Counted from the first letter of the stretch, positions 39,635 to 49,941 are shown. The stretch is 64,000 bases of DNA from an uncultured Bacilli bacterium (GCA_934120015.1 CAKOTD010000002.1:43770-107769), one strand, 5' to 3'. Notes: generated from the sequence alone by a model not told the origin. A program made the numbers and translations.

Positions 39635-39757
39635 TTAATGAGATAAAACTTTACGCCCTTTACGACGACGATTATTAATTATTTTTGTTTCCATTCTTGC
39701 AAAAAAACCCATTTTTTTTGATTTTTTTCTATTATTTGGTTGATATGTTCTTTTCAT
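39635..39757 (-). CDS. rpmH: 50S ribosomal protein L34
   Basis: Not in the ORF track. The minus-strand translation is [40 protein letters not shown] (40 aa), and an SD 'GGAGG' lies 9–13 nt upstream. Confidence 0.85.
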   Translation of the reverse strand: MKRTYQPNNRKKSKKMGFFARMETKIINNRRRKGRKVLSH

Positions 39758-39854
39758 TATAATCCACCTCCTGTATCTTATAAAAATTGCCCATTGGTTT
39801 AATTATATATATATTTATGTTAATTGTCAAATACTTTTTCTATTTTTTTATTAT

Positions 39855-40065
39855 TTTTTTCCACAATAAAATTTTATTATTTTGAAGGATTTATGAATTT
39901 TAAACATAGATTGTGGAAAACTTTTATTTTTTAAAACACATGTTAATTATAATTTACACATTATATGTGGAAAACTTATTTTTCTATTATAATTTAATGT
40001 TTTTTTATTGTGGAAAGTGTGTTAATTATCTTTTTTTTCTACAATTAAAATTATTTTTCCACAAT
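39855..40065. promoter_or_regulatory. oriC part 1: cluster of at least 6 DnaA boxes (TTTTCCACA / TGTGGAAAA) upstream of dnaA
   Basis: Boxes at about 39857, 39912, 39966, 40008, 40035 (1 mismatch) and 40055, on both strands and embedded in AT-rich DNA. Confidence 0.85.
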
Positions 40066-40151
40066 TTTTGTGTGAATTTTATATTTTTTGTTTGTTTTTT
40101 GTAGAAAAATAAGATAAAATATAGTTATAGTGTTTATCAGGTGGTGGTTTT

Positions 40152-41504
40152 ATGAATTTAGAAAGTATATGGAATTCTTTTTTAGAAAAAATAAAACAAG
40201 AAATTGCACCAATGCTTTTTGAAACTTGGTTTGAAGAAACAAAACTAATATATCTAAACGAAGGAATTGCTAAAGTTATAGTACCAATGCATATTCATAA
40301 AAAACACCTAAAAGAAAATTATAATGATTTAATAACAGAAATTTTTTCCACAGTTAGCGGTTCAAATTTTCAATTTGAATTTTATACTGATGATGAAATT
40401 GAATCAAATATTGAATTTGATACAGATAGTGTAGGGGTACCATCAAATTCATTTCTGGAAAATAATCTAAAACCACAATATACATTTGAAAATTTTATAA
40501 TAGGGGAAAGTAATAAATTTGCTCATGCTGTAGCACTTGCAGTAGCTGAAAAACCTGGTATTATGTATAATCCTTTATTTATATATGGAAAAAGTGGATT
40601 AGGAAAAACTCATTTGATGCACGCAATAGGAAATTATATAGTTAAAAATTCAAAGAAAAATGTATTATATGTTACCAGTGAACAATTTGTAAATGATTTT
40701 ATTGATTTATATAGAAAAAACAAAGAAAATGATAATATAAATGATGTAAAATTTTTTAAATCGAAATACCGTGATATTGATGTGTTAATGATTGATGACA
40801 TTCAGTATCTACAGATTGCTAATAAAGCACAACAAGAATTTTTTAATACTTTCAATGAATTATATGGTAATAATAAACAAATTATAATTACTTCTGATAG
40901 ATCACCAGATGATTTGAAAGCATTAGAGGAAAGATTACAAACAAGATTTAGTTGGGGAATAACAACTAATATATTTCCACCTGATTTTGAATTAAGAATG
41001 AATATTATTGATAAAAAAATAGAAGGAAATGATATGGTTAAAGAATTTCCGCAAGATGTAAAAGAATATATTGCAAGTAATTGTAATACAGATATTAGAA
41101 AATTAGAGGGAGCTATTACTAGAGTAGTTGCTTTTTCAACAATGATGAATGGTTCAACTATTACTATCGATTTAGCAATTGAAGCACTTAAAGATTATTT
41201 TGTAAAGACAATTATATCAAAAAACAAAATAGATATGGTACAGCAAATTGTTGCAGATACATATAACATTACAATAGATGATTTAAAAAGTAAAAAAAGA
41301 AATGCTAATATTGCTGTACCACGACAAATAGCAATGTATATTTGTAGAGTAATATGTGAAGAGTCTTTCCCAAAAATAGGAATGGAATTTGGTGGAAAAG
41401 ATCACACTACAGTTATGCATTCTGTTGATAAAATAAAAAAAGCTATTAAAAAAGATAATAATCTTGATATGGTAATAAAAAAGATAATAACACAAATAAA
41501 ATAA
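40152..41504 (+). CDS. dnaA: Chromosomal replication initiator protein DnaA
   Basis: 450 aa with the AAA+ 'GKSGLGKTHL' motif and a C-terminal DnaA-box-binding domain 'RQIAMYICR'. Confidence 0.97.
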   Translation: MNLESIWNSFLEKIKQEIAPMLFETWFEETKLIYLNEGIAKVIVPMHIHKKHLKENYNDLITEIFSTVSGSNFQFEFYTDDEIESNIEFDTDSVGVPSNSFLENNLKPQYTFENFIIGESNKFAHAVALAVAEKPGIMYNPLFIYGKSGLGKTHLMHAIGNYIVKNSKKNVLYVTSEQFVNDFIDLYRKNKENDNINDVKFFKSKYRDIDVLMIDDIQYLQIANKAQQEFFNTFNELYGNNKQIIITSDRSPDDLKALEERLQTRFSWGITTNIFPPDFELRMNIIDKKIEGNDMVKEFPQDVKEYIASNCNTDIRKLEGAITRVVAFSTMMNGSTITIDLAIEALKDYFVKTIISKNKIDMVQQIVADTYNITIDDLKSKKRNANIAVPRQIAMYICRVICEESFPKIGMEFGGKDHTTVMHSVDKIKKAIKKDNNLDMVIKKIITQIK

Positions 41505-41640
41505 TTGTGGAAAAAATATTTTTATTAACATTTGATGTTTATAAAAATATACAATTTTTACTTATAAAATAAGACTTTATAGATTTTTTCCACTTTTTCC
41601 ACACTAATAATAATAATATTTATATAAAAGGAGAATTAAT
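41505..41640. promoter_or_regulatory. oriC part 2: DnaA boxes (41516 TGTGGAAAA; 41586 TTTTCCACT; 41596 TTTTCCACA) flanking an AT-rich DNA-unwinding element
   Basis: Sequence 41525–41585 is more than 85% A+T and lies between the boxes, giving a bipartite oriC as in B. subtilis. Confidence 0.8.
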
Positions 41641-42762
41641 ATGAAATTAAAAATTAAACAAAATAAATTAATGGAACATTTAAATTATGTAATAAAAGGG
41701 GTATCTAGTAAAAATTTGATTCCTATATTAAATTGTATAAAATTAGATTTAACAGAGGATGGATTATATTTATTAAGTACCGATAATGAAATAGCTATAA
41801 AATCATTTATACCTAAAAAAGATATAGAAGAAATAAATGAAGTAGGGCAAATAGTAATATCAGGAAAATACATATATGAGATTATCAGAAAGATGCCTAA
41901 TGATTTTATTAATATAGAAGAAGTTATGGATTCTAAAATATATATATATAATAATAATTCATCATTTAATTTAAATTGCAACAATGTAAATGATTTTCCA
42001 GATTTAAATTTAGAAATTAGTAAAAATCCTATTTGTTTGGATAAAAAAATATTTAAAAATATTATTTCTCAAACAGCATTTGCGTCTTCTACACAAGAAT
42101 CAAGACCTGTATTAACTGGGATTAATTTTAAAATTCAAGATAGTGAACTTGAATGTGTAGCAACAGATTCATATCGTTTATCTAAAAAAATAGTAAATTT
42201 AAATTGTGCTGTTGAAAATGAAATAAATATAATTATACCAACTAAAAATCTAAATGAATTAGTAAAACTTATTAATGATGATGAAGAACAAATTGAAATG
42301 CATATATTCAATAATAAAGTTATTTTTAAATTTGATAGTATTTTAATGATGACTACTTTAATAAGTGGTTCTTACCCAGATACATCAAAATTAATTCCAA
42401 ATGAATTTTTAATTGATTTTAAAATAAATTTAAATGAATTATATAATGCCCTTGATAGAGCTTCATTGCTTACTAATCAGGATGATAAAAATACTATTAA
42501 TTTGGAAACATTTGATAATAAAATTAAAATTTCATCTAATATTCCAGAGATAGGAAATGTTGAAGAAACTATTTCTATTAATAAAAATACTGATCAAAAT
42601 ATTAAAATAGCATTCAGTTCTAAATATATGATGGATGCTTTGAAGGCATTTAATTCAAATGAAATTACATTACATTTTAATGGTGAAGTAAAACCTATAA
42701 TTATGAATAGTGAAGATAATCAAGATTTAACAGAGCTTATATTACCAATTAGAACATATTAA
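41641..42762 (+). CDS. dnaN: DNA polymerase III beta sliding clamp
   Basis: 373 aa with three-domain clamp architecture and an SD GGAG; it is the conserved neighbour of dnaA. Confidence 0.95.
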   Translation: MKLKIKQNKLMEHLNYVIKGVSSKNLIPILNCIKLDLTEDGLYLLSTDNEIAIKSFIPKKDIEEINEVGQIVISGKYIYEIIRKMPNDFINIEEVMDSKIYIYNNNSSFNLNCNNVNDFPDLNLEISKNPICLDKKIFKNIISQTAFASSTQESRPVLTGINFKIQDSELECVATDSYRLSKKIVNLNCAVENEINIIIPTKNLNELVKLINDDEEQIEMHIFNNKVIFKFDSILMMTTLISGSYPDTSKLIPNEFLIDFKINLNELYNALDRASLLTNQDDKNTINLETFDNKIKISSNIPEIGNVEETISINKNTDQNIKIAFSSKYMMDALKAFNSNEITLHFNGEVKPIIMNSEDNQDLTELILPIRTY

Positions 42763-42883
42763 GCTCTTTTTTTTGCAAAATTTTACTTTTTACGACAAAA
42801 TTTGATAAATTTTGACAATTTTGTTTGTTATAAGAAGGATAATATATATTTTTGTTGAAATATATATAAGAGGGGGAAATATA

Positions 42884-43336
42884 TTGAAAAATGAATATGA
42901 AATTAATTCAGAAACATTTGCTGTACTGGCTATAAATAATAATTTGTCAAAAGTAATAGAAAACAATGATGAATTTTTAGTAAATAAAGCAGCAAAAAAA
43001 ATTATTGATAATAGTTGTAAATTTTTTGGAAGTTCTTATGATGGAAGATTTGAAGGTACTAAAAATTTAATAGGTGTTAGTTATAAATCACCTATTATAA
43101 TTGAAGAAAGTAAAAATATTATATTTTTTCCAACATCATCACCAAGAGTTAGTGATTGTTCTTGGATATCTTTAAACAACATTATTAATTATAAAAATAG
43201 TTCTGGCAAAACTAATTTAGTATTTAATAATGGTTATAATCTATATTTGGATATATCCTATTCGATTATTGAAAATCAAATTTTAAGGGCAACTAGATTA
43301 GAAGCAGTTTTGAGAAAAAGAAAAATAGGCAATTAG
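42884..43336 (+). CDS. comK: Competence transcription factor ComK homologue (TTG start)
   Basis: Several blocks align to B. subtilis ComK. 'EYEINSETFAVLA' matches SYEVNGATIAVLP, 'IIDNSCKFFGSSYDGRFEGT' matches IVDRSCRFFGSSYAGRKAGT, 'IFFPTSSPRVSDCSWIS' matches IFLFPTLSSTRPQCGWIS, and 'ISYSIIENQILRATRL' matches ISYNSFENQVYRTAWL. An SD AGGGGGAAA lies 4 nt before the TTG at 42884; the ORF-track N-terminus (from 42812) is probably not translated. Confidence 0.75.
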   Translation: MKNEYEINSETFAVLAINNNLSKVIENNDEFLVNKAAKKIIDNSCKFFGSSYDGRFEGTKNLIGVSYKSPIIIEESKNIIFFPTSSPRVSDCSWISLNNIINYKNSSGKTNLVFNNGYNLYLDISYSIIENQILRATRLEAVLRKRKIGN

Positions 43337-43442
43337 CCTTTTTTTTGTTAAAAATGCCTCATTTTATGTTATAATATATATGTATGTAGGAGGATACTTA
43401 TGATGATAAAATTTAAAATAATGAGTTTAAAATGGAAATTTT

Positions 43443-44561
43443 ATGATAATTAAAAATTTGACTTTACAAAATTTTCGTAATTATGATAGTCTTGATATTT
43501 CGTTTTGTCCACAAATTAACATAATATATGGAAATAATGCTCAGGGTAAGACAAATATATTAGAGGGAATATATGTTTTGTGTCTAACTAAATCTCATAG
43601 GCCTTATGTTGATAATAGATTACTTAAAATAAATACAAATTATCTAAAAATAAAAGGCTCTTTTGATGAAAAAATATTAGATAAAAAAATGGTAATTACT
43701 ATTGATGAAAAAGGAAAAAGGTTAGAAGTTAATAATCAAAAAGTAAATAAAATAAATAAATATATAGAAAATTCTAGTGTAATTATTTTTTATCCTGAAG
43801 ATTTAAATCTCATAAAAGGTTCTCCACAAGAAAGAAGAAGATATCTAAATATAGAAATGAGTCAATTATATAAAGATTATTTAATTAATTTAAATGATTA
43901 TAATAAATTATTAAAAATGCGTAATGATTGTTTAAAAAAATTAAAACTTAATTTATCTGTAGATTTAAGTTATTTTAATATTATTACAAATTATTTAGCA
44001 GATAGAGCAGATATTATATATAATTTACGCACTAAATATTTTGATGCTTTGAATGAATATTGTACAAAAATATATAAGAAAATTAGTAAATATGATAATT
44101 TTAAAGTAGTTTATAAACCTAATGTTTGTGAAAAAAATATTAGTTACAAGGAAACATTATTAAATTTATTTAAAGAAAATTATAAAGAGGAAATAAGAGT
44201 GGGAAATACTCTTTATGGACCACATAAAGATGATTATTATTTTTATATTGGAGAAAAAAATTTGAAAGATTATGGTTCACAAGGACAGCAACGAATAGCA
44301 ATTTTAACTCATAAATTATCAGAAATAGAACTTTTTAAAAAATTAAAGAATGAAAAGCCTATATTATTACTTGATGATGTTTTTAGTGAATTAGATGAAA
44401 TAAAGAAAAATTTACTACTTGAATATATAAATAATAATATGCAAGTAATTATTACAACAACAGATTTAAATAATATTAGTAAAGATATATTAGATAAATC
44501 AAATATATATCAAATTGATAATGGTAAATTGATTAGTATGGAGGAAAATTATGGAAAATAA
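43443..44561 (+). CDS. recF: DNA replication and repair protein RecF
   Basis: 372 aa with the Walker A '[14 protein letters not shown]' and the ABC signature/Walker B '[12 protein letters not shown]'. Confidence 0.95.
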   Translation: MIIKNLTLQNFRNYDSLDISFCPQINIIYGNNAQGKTNILEGIYVLCLTKSHRPYVDNRLLKINTNYLKIKGSFDEKILDKKMVITIDEKGKRLEVNNQKVNKINKYIENSSVIIFYPEDLNLIKGSPQERRRYLNIEMSQLYKDYLINLNDYNKLLKMRNDCLKKLKLNLSVDLSYFNIITNYLADRADIIYNLRTKYFDALNEYCTKIYKKISKYDNFKVVYKPNVCEKNISYKETLLNLFKENYKEEIRVGNTLYGPHKDDYYFYIGEKNLKDYGSQGQQRIAILTHKLSEIELFKKLKNEKPILLLDDVFSELDEIKKNLLLEYINNNMQVIITTTDLNNISKDILDKSNIYQIDNGKLISMEENYGK

Positions 44562-46479
44562 AGAACAACATTATGATGCTTCGGATATACAAGTTTTAGA
44601 AGGATTAGAAGCAGTTAGAAAAAGACCAGGAATGTATATAGGGACAACAGATGTAAAGGGATTACATCATTTAGTTTGGGAAATAGTAGATAATGCTATT
44701 GATGAAGCTTTAGCTGGATATTGTAAGAATATTTTAGTTATAATTAATAAAGGAAATTCCATTACTGTTTCCGATGATGGTAGAGGAATTCCTACAGATG
44801 TTCATCCGAAAACTAAAATTTCAACTGTTGAAACAGTTTACACTGTATTACATGCAGGTGGAAAATTTGGTGGAGGCGGATATAAAGTATCCGGTGGTTT
44901 ACATGGAGTAGGGGCTTCTGTAGTGAATGCTCTTAGTAAATGGGTAGAGGTAAAAGTATATAAAAATGGAGAAGTAAATTTTATTCGTTTTGAAAATGGT
45001 GGACATACTGTAGAACCTCTTCATGTTATTGATAAATGTGATATTAATAGAACAGGTACAGTTGTTACTTTTAAACCTGATCCTGAAATTTTTGATACAG
45101 ATATTTATGATTATGATACTTTAATGGTAAGAATTCGTGAACTTGCATTTTTAAATAAAGGTTTGTCTATAACATTAAGAGATGACAGGGATTCAGAGGA
45201 TACTACTGGTACAACCTTTCTTTATGAAGGTGGTATAAGTGAATATGTAAGATTTATAAATAATGGTAAAACACCTATACATAATGAAGTAATACATTTA
45301 ACTGGTGAAGAAGATAATGTTATGTTTGAGGTTGCTATGCAATACAACACTAGTTATAACAGTAATATATATTCATTCGTTAATAATATAAATACACATG
45401 ATGGTGGAACACATGAAGAGGGAGTTAGAAGAGCACTTACTAGGGTAATAAATAGTTATGCTAGGAAAAGCGGAATGTTAAAAGAAAAAGATGAAGCTTT
45501 AACCGGTGATGATGTAAAAGAAGGTTTAACTATGATTATTTCTTGTAAACATCCAAATCCACAATTTGAAGGTCAAACAAAAGGCAGACTTGGTAATTCA
45601 GAAGTTAGAAAGCTTGCAGATAATGTATTTTCTGAAGGATTTGAAAGATTTTTAATGGAAAATCCCGATAGTGCTAAACAGATAGTTGGAAAAGCTATGC
45701 TTGCATGTAGAGCAAGAAATGCAGCTAAAAAGGCAAGAGAGATTACACGTAAGAGTGATTTAGCAGTTTCTACTTTTTTTGGAAAATTATCAGATTGTAA
45801 AAGTAAAGATCCAAATGTTTCTGAAATATTTATAGTCGAAGGAGATTCTGCCGGTGGGTCAGCTAAAAAGGGTAGGGATTCAATGACACAAGCAATATTG
45901 CCTCTTAGAGGAAAAATTCTTAATGTCGAAAAAGCAAGACTTGATAAGGCTCTTGGAAATGAAGAAATTAAATCAATAATTACTGCATTTGGCACTGGTA
46001 TAGGTCAAGAATTTAATATAGAAAAATTAAGATATAATAAAATTATTATTATGACCGATGCTGATGTAGATGGATCACATATTAGAGTTTTATTGTTAAC
46101 ACTATTTTACAGATTTTTTAAACCTATTATTGAAACTGGACATGTATTTGCTGCTCAGCCACCATTATTTAGGATAACTCATGGTAAGACAAGAAAATAT
46201 GTTTTAAATGAGCAAGAAAAAGAAGATTATTTAAAATCTTTATCTGAAAATGTTCGTCAAAGAGCAGAAATAGCTCGTATGAAAGGACTTGGTGAAATGG
46301 ATCCAGAGGAATTAAATGAAACAACAATGGATATAAATCAACGAGTTTTAAGAAAAATTACAGTGGAAGATTGTGTTGTTGCAGATGCAATGTTTAATAA
46401 ATTAATGGGTGAAGAAGTAGAACCAAGAAGAAATTTTATTGAGGAAAATGCTCAATATGTTAAAAATTTGGATATATAG
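44551..46479 (+). CDS. gyrB: DNA gyrase subunit B
   Basis: 642 aa with a GHKL ATPase N-terminus, the TOPRIM 'EGDSAGG' motif and the conserved C-terminal '[12 protein letters not shown]' segment. Confidence 0.97.
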   Translation: MENKEQHYDASDIQVLEGLEAVRKRPGMYIGTTDVKGLHHLVWEIVDNAIDEALAGYCKNILVIINKGNSITVSDDGRGIPTDVHPKTKISTVETVYTVLHAGGKFGGGGYKVSGGLHGVGASVVNALSKWVEVKVYKNGEVNFIRFENGGHTVEPLHVIDKCDINRTGTVVTFKPDPEIFDTDIYDYDTLMVRIRELAFLNKGLSITLRDDRDSEDTTGTTFLYEGGISEYVRFINNGKTPIHNEVIHLTGEEDNVMFEVAMQYNTSYNSNIYSFVNNINTHDGGTHEEGVRRALTRVINSYARKSGMLKEKDEALTGDDVKEGLTMIISCKHPNPQFEGQTKGRLGNSEVRKLADNVFSEGFERFLMENPDSAKQIVGKAMLACRARNAAKKAREITRKSDLAVSTFFGKLSDCKSKDPNVSEIFIVEGDSAGGSAKKGRDSMTQAILPLRGKILNVEKARLDKALGNEEIKSIITAFGTGIGQEFNIEKLRYNKIIIMTDADVDGSHIRVLLLTLFYRFFKPIIETGHVFAAQPPLFRITHGKTRKYVLNEQEKEDYLKSLSENVRQRAEIARMKGLGEMDPEELNETTMDINQRVLRKITVEDCVVADAMFNKLMGEEVEPRRNFIEENAQYVKNLDI

Positions 46480-46482
46480 GAG

Positions 46483-48987
46483 GTGAATATTATGAATAAT
46501 AATAATGAAGAAATTAATAAAAATGAATATAATGGTGTTTTTCATGAGAGAGATTCTCATGAAACAAATGATATAGTAAAAGAAATTAGTGATTCTTTTC
46601 TTGATTATTCAATGAGTGTTATAACATCTCGTGCTATTCCAGATTTAAGAGATGGTTTAAAACCTGTACATAGAAGAATTTTATGGTCAATGTTTGAAGA
46701 AGGAAATACTCCAGATAAACCTCATAAGAAGAGTGCTACTACAGTTGGATATGTTATGGGACATTATCATCCACATGGTGATAGTTCAATTTATGAAGCT
46801 ATGGTACGACTTGCTCAAGACTTTAATCAAAGATATATGTTAGTTGATGGTCATGGTAATTTTGGTAATATTGAAGGAGATTCTGCAGCTGCATATCGTT
46901 ACACAGAGGCAAGACTTTCTAAAATATCTCTTGAAATGTTAAGAGATATTCGTAAAGATACAGTAAATAAGATTCCAAATTATGATGAAACAAGTCCTGA
47001 ACCAGTAGTATTACCTTCAAGATTTCCAAATATTTTGGTTAATGGTTCAATGGGAATTGCCGTAGGTATGGCAACAAATATTCCACCACATAATTTAGGT
47101 GAAGTAATTGATGGATGTGTTGCATATATTGATAATCCGGATATTGATACGTTAGGATTAATGGAATATATAAAAGGACCTGATTTTCCTACCGGCGGTA
47201 TAATTCTTGGAAATTCTGGGATAAAAAGAGCATATGAAACTGGTAGAGGATCGATTACGATTAGGAGTAAAGCAACAATAGAAGAAAATAATAATCATAA
47301 CCAAATTGTTATTACAGAAGTTCCATATGGAGTAAATACAATGGAATTAAAAAATAAAGTTGCTGAATTAGTTCATAATAAAACTATAGAAGGAATTACT
47401 GATTATCATACTGATTTAAAAGATGGTGTAAAAATTACAATAACTTTAAAAAAGGATGCAAATGCACAGGTTGTTTTAAATAATTTATACAAACATACTA
47501 ATTTTCAATTAAATTATGGAATAATTTTCTTAGTTATTGATATGGGTACTCCAAAAACATTAGGTATCAAAGATATAATAGCTAAGTATATAGAACATCA
47601 AAAGGAAATAATAATAAGAAGAACTAAATATGATCTTGGTAAGGCAGAAGAAAGAGTTCATATATTAGAAGGTTATAAAATAGCTCAAGATAATATTGAT
47701 GAAGTTGTTAGAATTATTCGTAATGCTGATAGTGATACAGATGCTAAGGAAAAGTTAATTAGTAAGTTTGGTCTTGATGATATACAAGCCGAAGCTATTC
47801 TTGAATTAAAATTAAGAAAACTAACTGGATTAGAAAGAGATAAAATAATTGCAGAATTAGAAGAACTTATGATAGAAATAGCTAAATATCGTGAAATATT
47901 ATCTGATATTAATAAAGTACTTGCAATTATAAAGGAAGAATTATTGGAAATTAAAGAAAAATATGCTGATGAAAGAAGAACAAAAATAGATATGACTGCA
48001 ATTGATTATATTGAAGATGAGTCTTTAATTCCAAATGAAGATGTTATTATTACTCTTACAAATAAAGGTTATATAAAGAGAGTAAATTCAGAAAATTATA
48101 AAGTTCAAAATCGTGGTGGTGTTGGAATTAAAGCAATGACAACAAATGAAGATGATTTTGCACAATATTTGGTAAACATGCATTCACATGATTATTTACT
48201 ATTTTTTACAAATAAAGGAAAGGTATATCGTGTTAAAGGATATGAAATTCCTGAATATAGTAGACAATCAAAAGGATTGCCAATAATTAATTTATTGGCT
48301 TTAGAAAAAAATGAGGTTGTTAAAGGAATGCTTCAAGTTAATTCTGAAGAAAATTGTAAATATATTGTATTTTGTACACAAAATGGATTAATTAAGAAAA
48401 CAAATATAGGAGAATTTGATAGTATTAGAAAAAATGGTAAGATTGCTATCACTTTAAAAGACGATGATGAATTAATTTCAGTATGTAAGACAAATGGTGA
48501 AAATGAGATTTTAATAGCTTCATCGAATGGTAGAATGATTAGATTTAATGAAAATGAAATCAGAATTATGGGTAGAACAGCATCAGGTGTAAAAGGAATT
48601 GATACCTGTGGTGGTATTTGTGTTGGATGTGAAATAGCATCATCATCTCAAAATGTATTAGTAGTAACTGAAAATGGTTATGGTAAAAAAACTGAAATTG
48701 ATGAATATCGTATGACACATCGTGGAAGTAAAGGTGTAAAAGCATTAAATATTACTGAAAAAAATGGAAATATTGTTTCATTTAAAATAATTAATGGTGA
48801 TGAAGATTTAATGATTATCACTGATAGTGGTATAATGATTAAGTTATCGTTAAATCAAGTTTCTCAAACAGGACGTGTTGCTCAAGGAGTAAAACTAATT
48901 AATTTAAAAGATGGACAGAAAGTAAGTACAATTGCTGTTGTTGATAAAGTTGAAGAAATCAGTAATGAAAATTCAACAGAAGAATAA
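46483..48987 (+). CDS. gyrA: DNA gyrase subunit A
   Basis: 834 aa with the 'AAAYRYTEARL' active-site tyrosine region and C-terminal beta-pinwheel repeats. Confidence 0.97.
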   Translation: MNIMNNNNEEINKNEYNGVFHERDSHETNDIVKEISDSFLDYSMSVITSRAIPDLRDGLKPVHRRILWSMFEEGNTPDKPHKKSATTVGYVMGHYHPHGDSSIYEAMVRLAQDFNQRYMLVDGHGNFGNIEGDSAAAYRYTEARLSKISLEMLRDIRKDTVNKIPNYDETSPEPVVLPSRFPNILVNGSMGIAVGMATNIPPHNLGEVIDGCVAYIDNPDIDTLGLMEYIKGPDFPTGGIILGNSGIKRAYETGRGSITIRSKATIEENNNHNQIVITEVPYGVNTMELKNKVAELVHNKTIEGITDYHTDLKDGVKITITLKKDANAQVVLNNLYKHTNFQLNYGIIFLVIDMGTPKTLGIKDIIAKYIEHQKEIIIRRTKYDLGKAEERVHILEGYKIAQDNIDEVVRIIRNADSDTDAKEKLISKFGLDDIQAEAILELKLRKLTGLERDKIIAELEELMIEIAKYREILSDINKVLAIIKEELLEIKEKYADERRTKIDMTAIDYIEDESLIPNEDVIITLTNKGYIKRVNSENYKVQNRGGVGIKAMTTNEDDFAQYLVNMHSHDYLLFFTNKGKVYRVKGYEIPEYSRQSKGLPIINLLALEKNEVVKGMLQVNSEENCKYIVFCTQNGLIKKTNIGEFDSIRKNGKIAITLKDDDELISVCKTNGENEILIASSNGRMIRFNENEIRIMGRTASGVKGIDTCGGICVGCEIASSSQNVLVVTENGYGKKTEIDEYRMTHRGSKGVKALNITEKNGNIVSFKIINGDEDLMIITDSGIMIKLSLNQVSQTGRVAQGVKLINLKDGQKVSTIAVVDKVEEISNENSTEE

Positions 48988-49003
48988 ATGTTTCACGTGA
49001 AAC
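48988..49003. promoter_or_regulatory. parS site 1 (perfect TGTTTCACGTGAAACA)
   Basis: Exact match to the universal ParB-binding consensus tGTTtCACGTGAAACa; it abuts the gyrA stop codon. Confidence 0.8.
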
Positions 49004-49032
49004 ATAATTAAAAAGAATTAATTTAAAACAAT

Positions 49033-49048
49033 GTTTCACGTGAAACAT
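49033..49048. promoter_or_regulatory. parS site 2 (perfect, within 26-bp palindrome AACAATGTTTCACGTGAAACATTGTT; probably doubles as terminator)
   Basis: Exact 16-bp parS inside an extended palindrome, followed by TTTATTATT. Confidence 0.8.
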
Positions 49049-49168
49049 TGTTTTATTATTATGAAAAATAATATTTTAAAGAAACTATTATAATAGATAA
49101 TAACAATAAAAATAAATTTTAGCTATTGTTACCTAAAAAGGTATATTTTGTATAAATATTTATTCTAA

Positions 49169-49184
49169 TGTTTCACGTGAAACA
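49169..49184. promoter_or_regulatory. parS site 3 (perfect)
   Basis: TAATGTTTCACGTGAAACATTA; exact 16-bp core. Confidence 0.8.
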
Positions 49185-49271
49185 TTACTTTAATTTAATA
49201 ATAAAAAGAATACTTGCTGACATATAATATTTAATGTTGTAGTATATTCAAATAAGAAAGGAATTTTAGCT

Positions 49272-49496
49272 ATGGAAAATGAAATATTATTTATAAAAAA
49301 TTATCCAAATGCAAAAGATTCATATTTGGAAAGTACAATTTTGTCAATGAAAGAACTTGAACTTTTATTTCATAAAGTGTTAAAGAAGAATAAAATTATA
49401 TGCTCCACAAATGAATTTGCCAATGTTATGAATTTAACAATTAATAATGAAAAAAGTAACGAATATATTTTCGAGCTATTTGAAAAAAATTATTAA
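49272..49496 (+). CDS. Hypothetical small protein embedded in parS cluster
   Basis: 74 aa ORF with a plausible SD (AGAAAGGAA) about 11 nt upstream. It has no recognisable motif and its coding status is uncertain. Confidence 0.3.
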   Translation: MENEILFIKNYPNAKDSYLESTILSMKELELLFHKVLKKNKIICSTNEFANVMNLTINNEKSNEYIFELFEKNY

Positions 49497-49499
49497 ATA

Positions 49500-49790
49500 A
49501 TGCAATTAAAAAAAACCGTTTTTAAGAAAAAAATAATAACAGAAATAGAAAAAAATTTTAAAATAAGATTAAAAAAAGGTCGATTAAAAAATTTTGAAAA
49601 GTGTCATTCGGATGCAATGAATTATAATGGATATGATATATTAATAAATTATTTAAGAATATATAAAATGTGTACAATTACAAAAATTGTAATAGATAAT
49701 CATATGTTTATAAATTGTAATGAAGAACCTTATGATATAGATGATGTAAATACTCCTATTTCTTATACTGATATGCAAGCGTTTATGTAA
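49500..49790 (+). CDS. Hypothetical small basic protein embedded in parS cluster
   Basis: 96 aa ORF, K-rich at the N-terminus and containing several Cys/His. There is no clear SD, so its coding status is uncertain. Confidence 0.25.
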   Translation: MQLKKTVFKKKIITEIEKNFKIRLKKGRLKNFEKCHSDAMNYNGYDILINYLRIYKMCTITKIVIDNHMFINCNEEPYDIDDVNTPISYTDMQAFM

Positions 49791-49812
49791 GAAAAATAAT
49801 AATATAAATCAA

Positions 49813-49828
49813 TGTTTCACGTGAAACA
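49813..49828. promoter_or_regulatory. parS site 4 (perfect)
   Basis: TCAATGTTTCACGTGAAACATTGA; exact 16-bp core. Confidence 0.8.
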
Positions 49829-49925
49829 TTGATTTTTTAATAAAAGATTACAATTATTATTATAATAATTAATATATGATAAAAATATTAGATATTATTA
49901 TATAGTTTTTTTAACTTGTAATTAA

Positions 49926-49941
49926 TGTTTCACGTGAAACA
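49926..49941. promoter_or_regulatory. parS site 5 (perfect)
   Basis: AATTAATGTTTCACGTGAAACATTAATT; exact 16-bp core inside a 28-bp palindrome. Confidence 0.8.

Noticed and set aside
42812-42883. ATG at 42812 as the comK start (ORF-track N-terminus MTILFVIRRIIYIFVEIYIRGG)
   Set aside because: It lacks an SD and encodes a hydrophobic non-ComK-like peptide. A strong SD precedes the TTG at 42884, from which point ComK homology begins.
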